Assembly (NCBI RefSeq): GCF_000143415.4
Contig: NW_003314326.1
Span: forward strand, 310,001 to 374,000
Length of the DNA: 64,000 nucleotides
Reading direction: 5' to 3'
DNA from: Selaginella moellendorffii
Taxonomy: Eukaryota > Plantae > Lycopodiophyta
Both the position numbers and the translations under genes were made by a program. A model generated the notes under the pieces. The model saw nothing but the letters and a program-made list of their open reading frames with translations. It was not told the DNA's origin and did no database searches. This document shows positions 63,418 through 64,000 of this stretch, piece by piece. Every line of letters begins with the position of its first letter. Within the stretch, counting starts at the first letter, position 1.

Positions 63418-64000
63418 TCAGCTCGCGCTCACGGAAGCCTCGAGCTTGGAGCTGAGCTCGTGGTTGAGCTTAAACCCGGTGTCCACCATCGACTTCGAAA
63501 CCTCTGCTAGCAGATCCTTGTAGCTCTTTTTGTCGACAAGGTGGCCGACCAGGGTGGTGTACGTTGCGTTGTCGGGCTCGCAACCACACTGTCTCATCAC
63601 CTCAAACAAGTCGACTGCGTCTTCTGTCAGAGACGCATCGCAAAACCCCTTGAGCAGTGTGTTGTACGTGACAGTGTCGGGAACCAGTCCAGCTCTCAGC
63701 ATTGTCTCCAGCAATTCACCAGCTTGGCGAAGCCTTCCACGCTTGGACAGCCAGTCGATGAAGATGCTGAAAGTCACCACGTCCGGATACGAGCCTTTGC
63801 TGAGCAGGAGCTGGAGGATCTCCAAGGCCTTGTCCAGGTTTCCAGTCTTGCAGAAGCCATCGATGAGCGTCCCGTAAGTTATCGCGCCTGGATCGAATCC
63901 ATTCTTGAGCATGAGCTCCAGGACGTTGTTTGCTTCGTCCATGAAGCGCCACTTGCAGAGGCTGGAGATGACGATGCTGTAGGTGACATCGTCCGGAGCT
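63418..64000 (-). CDS. P-class PPR protein, 3' part (runs off the window)
   Basis: 35-aa repeats such as PDTVTYNTLLKGFC and PDVVTFSIFID. Confidence 0.92.
   Translation of the reverse strand, partial: APDDVTYSIVISSLCKWRFMDEANNVLELMLKNGFDPGAITYGTLIDGFCKTGNLDKALEILQLLLSKGSYPDVVTFSIFIDWLSKRGRLRQAGELLETMLRAGLVPDTVTYNTLLKGFCDASLTEDAVDLFEVMRQCGCEPDNATYTTLVGHLVDKKSYKDLLAEVSKSMVDTGFKLNHELSSKLEASVSAS

Overview
Eukaryotic nuclear DNA from a gene-dense, non-seed land plant. Very short GT-AG introns (about 43-60 nt), tiny intergenic gaps and many PPR genes built from about 31-aa repeats point to the lycophyte Selaginella (inference, not a database match). Two AT-rich, decayed LTR-retrotransposon blocks (about 1-3.5 kb and 26.2-34.6 kb) flank ordinary genes. 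These include DUF620, PFP-beta, a TMEM14/FAX protein, a G6PD4-like gene, BCAT, an F-box gene, GRWD1-like, beta-carotene hydroxylase, tDT, TRAPPC4, a kinesin, EXO70, KASIII, five PPR ORFs plus two PPR pseudogenes, and tRNA-Ala(CGC). The best novelty candidate is an intact four-exon gene at 4047-6201 (-). It splices into a 669-aa Crinkler/RHS-type P-loop NTPase plus a restriction-endonuclease-like domain, with a PHD finger inserted into that domain and a SAP-like C-terminus. Other highlights are a chimeric LTR nested in an older copy of its own family, a patchwork of fragments copied from four nearby loci, a kinesin-3-like motor, a fungal/animal-type BCAT, and same-strand gene pairs only 22-78 bp apart. 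All family calls come from motif recognition by eye, and no searches were run.
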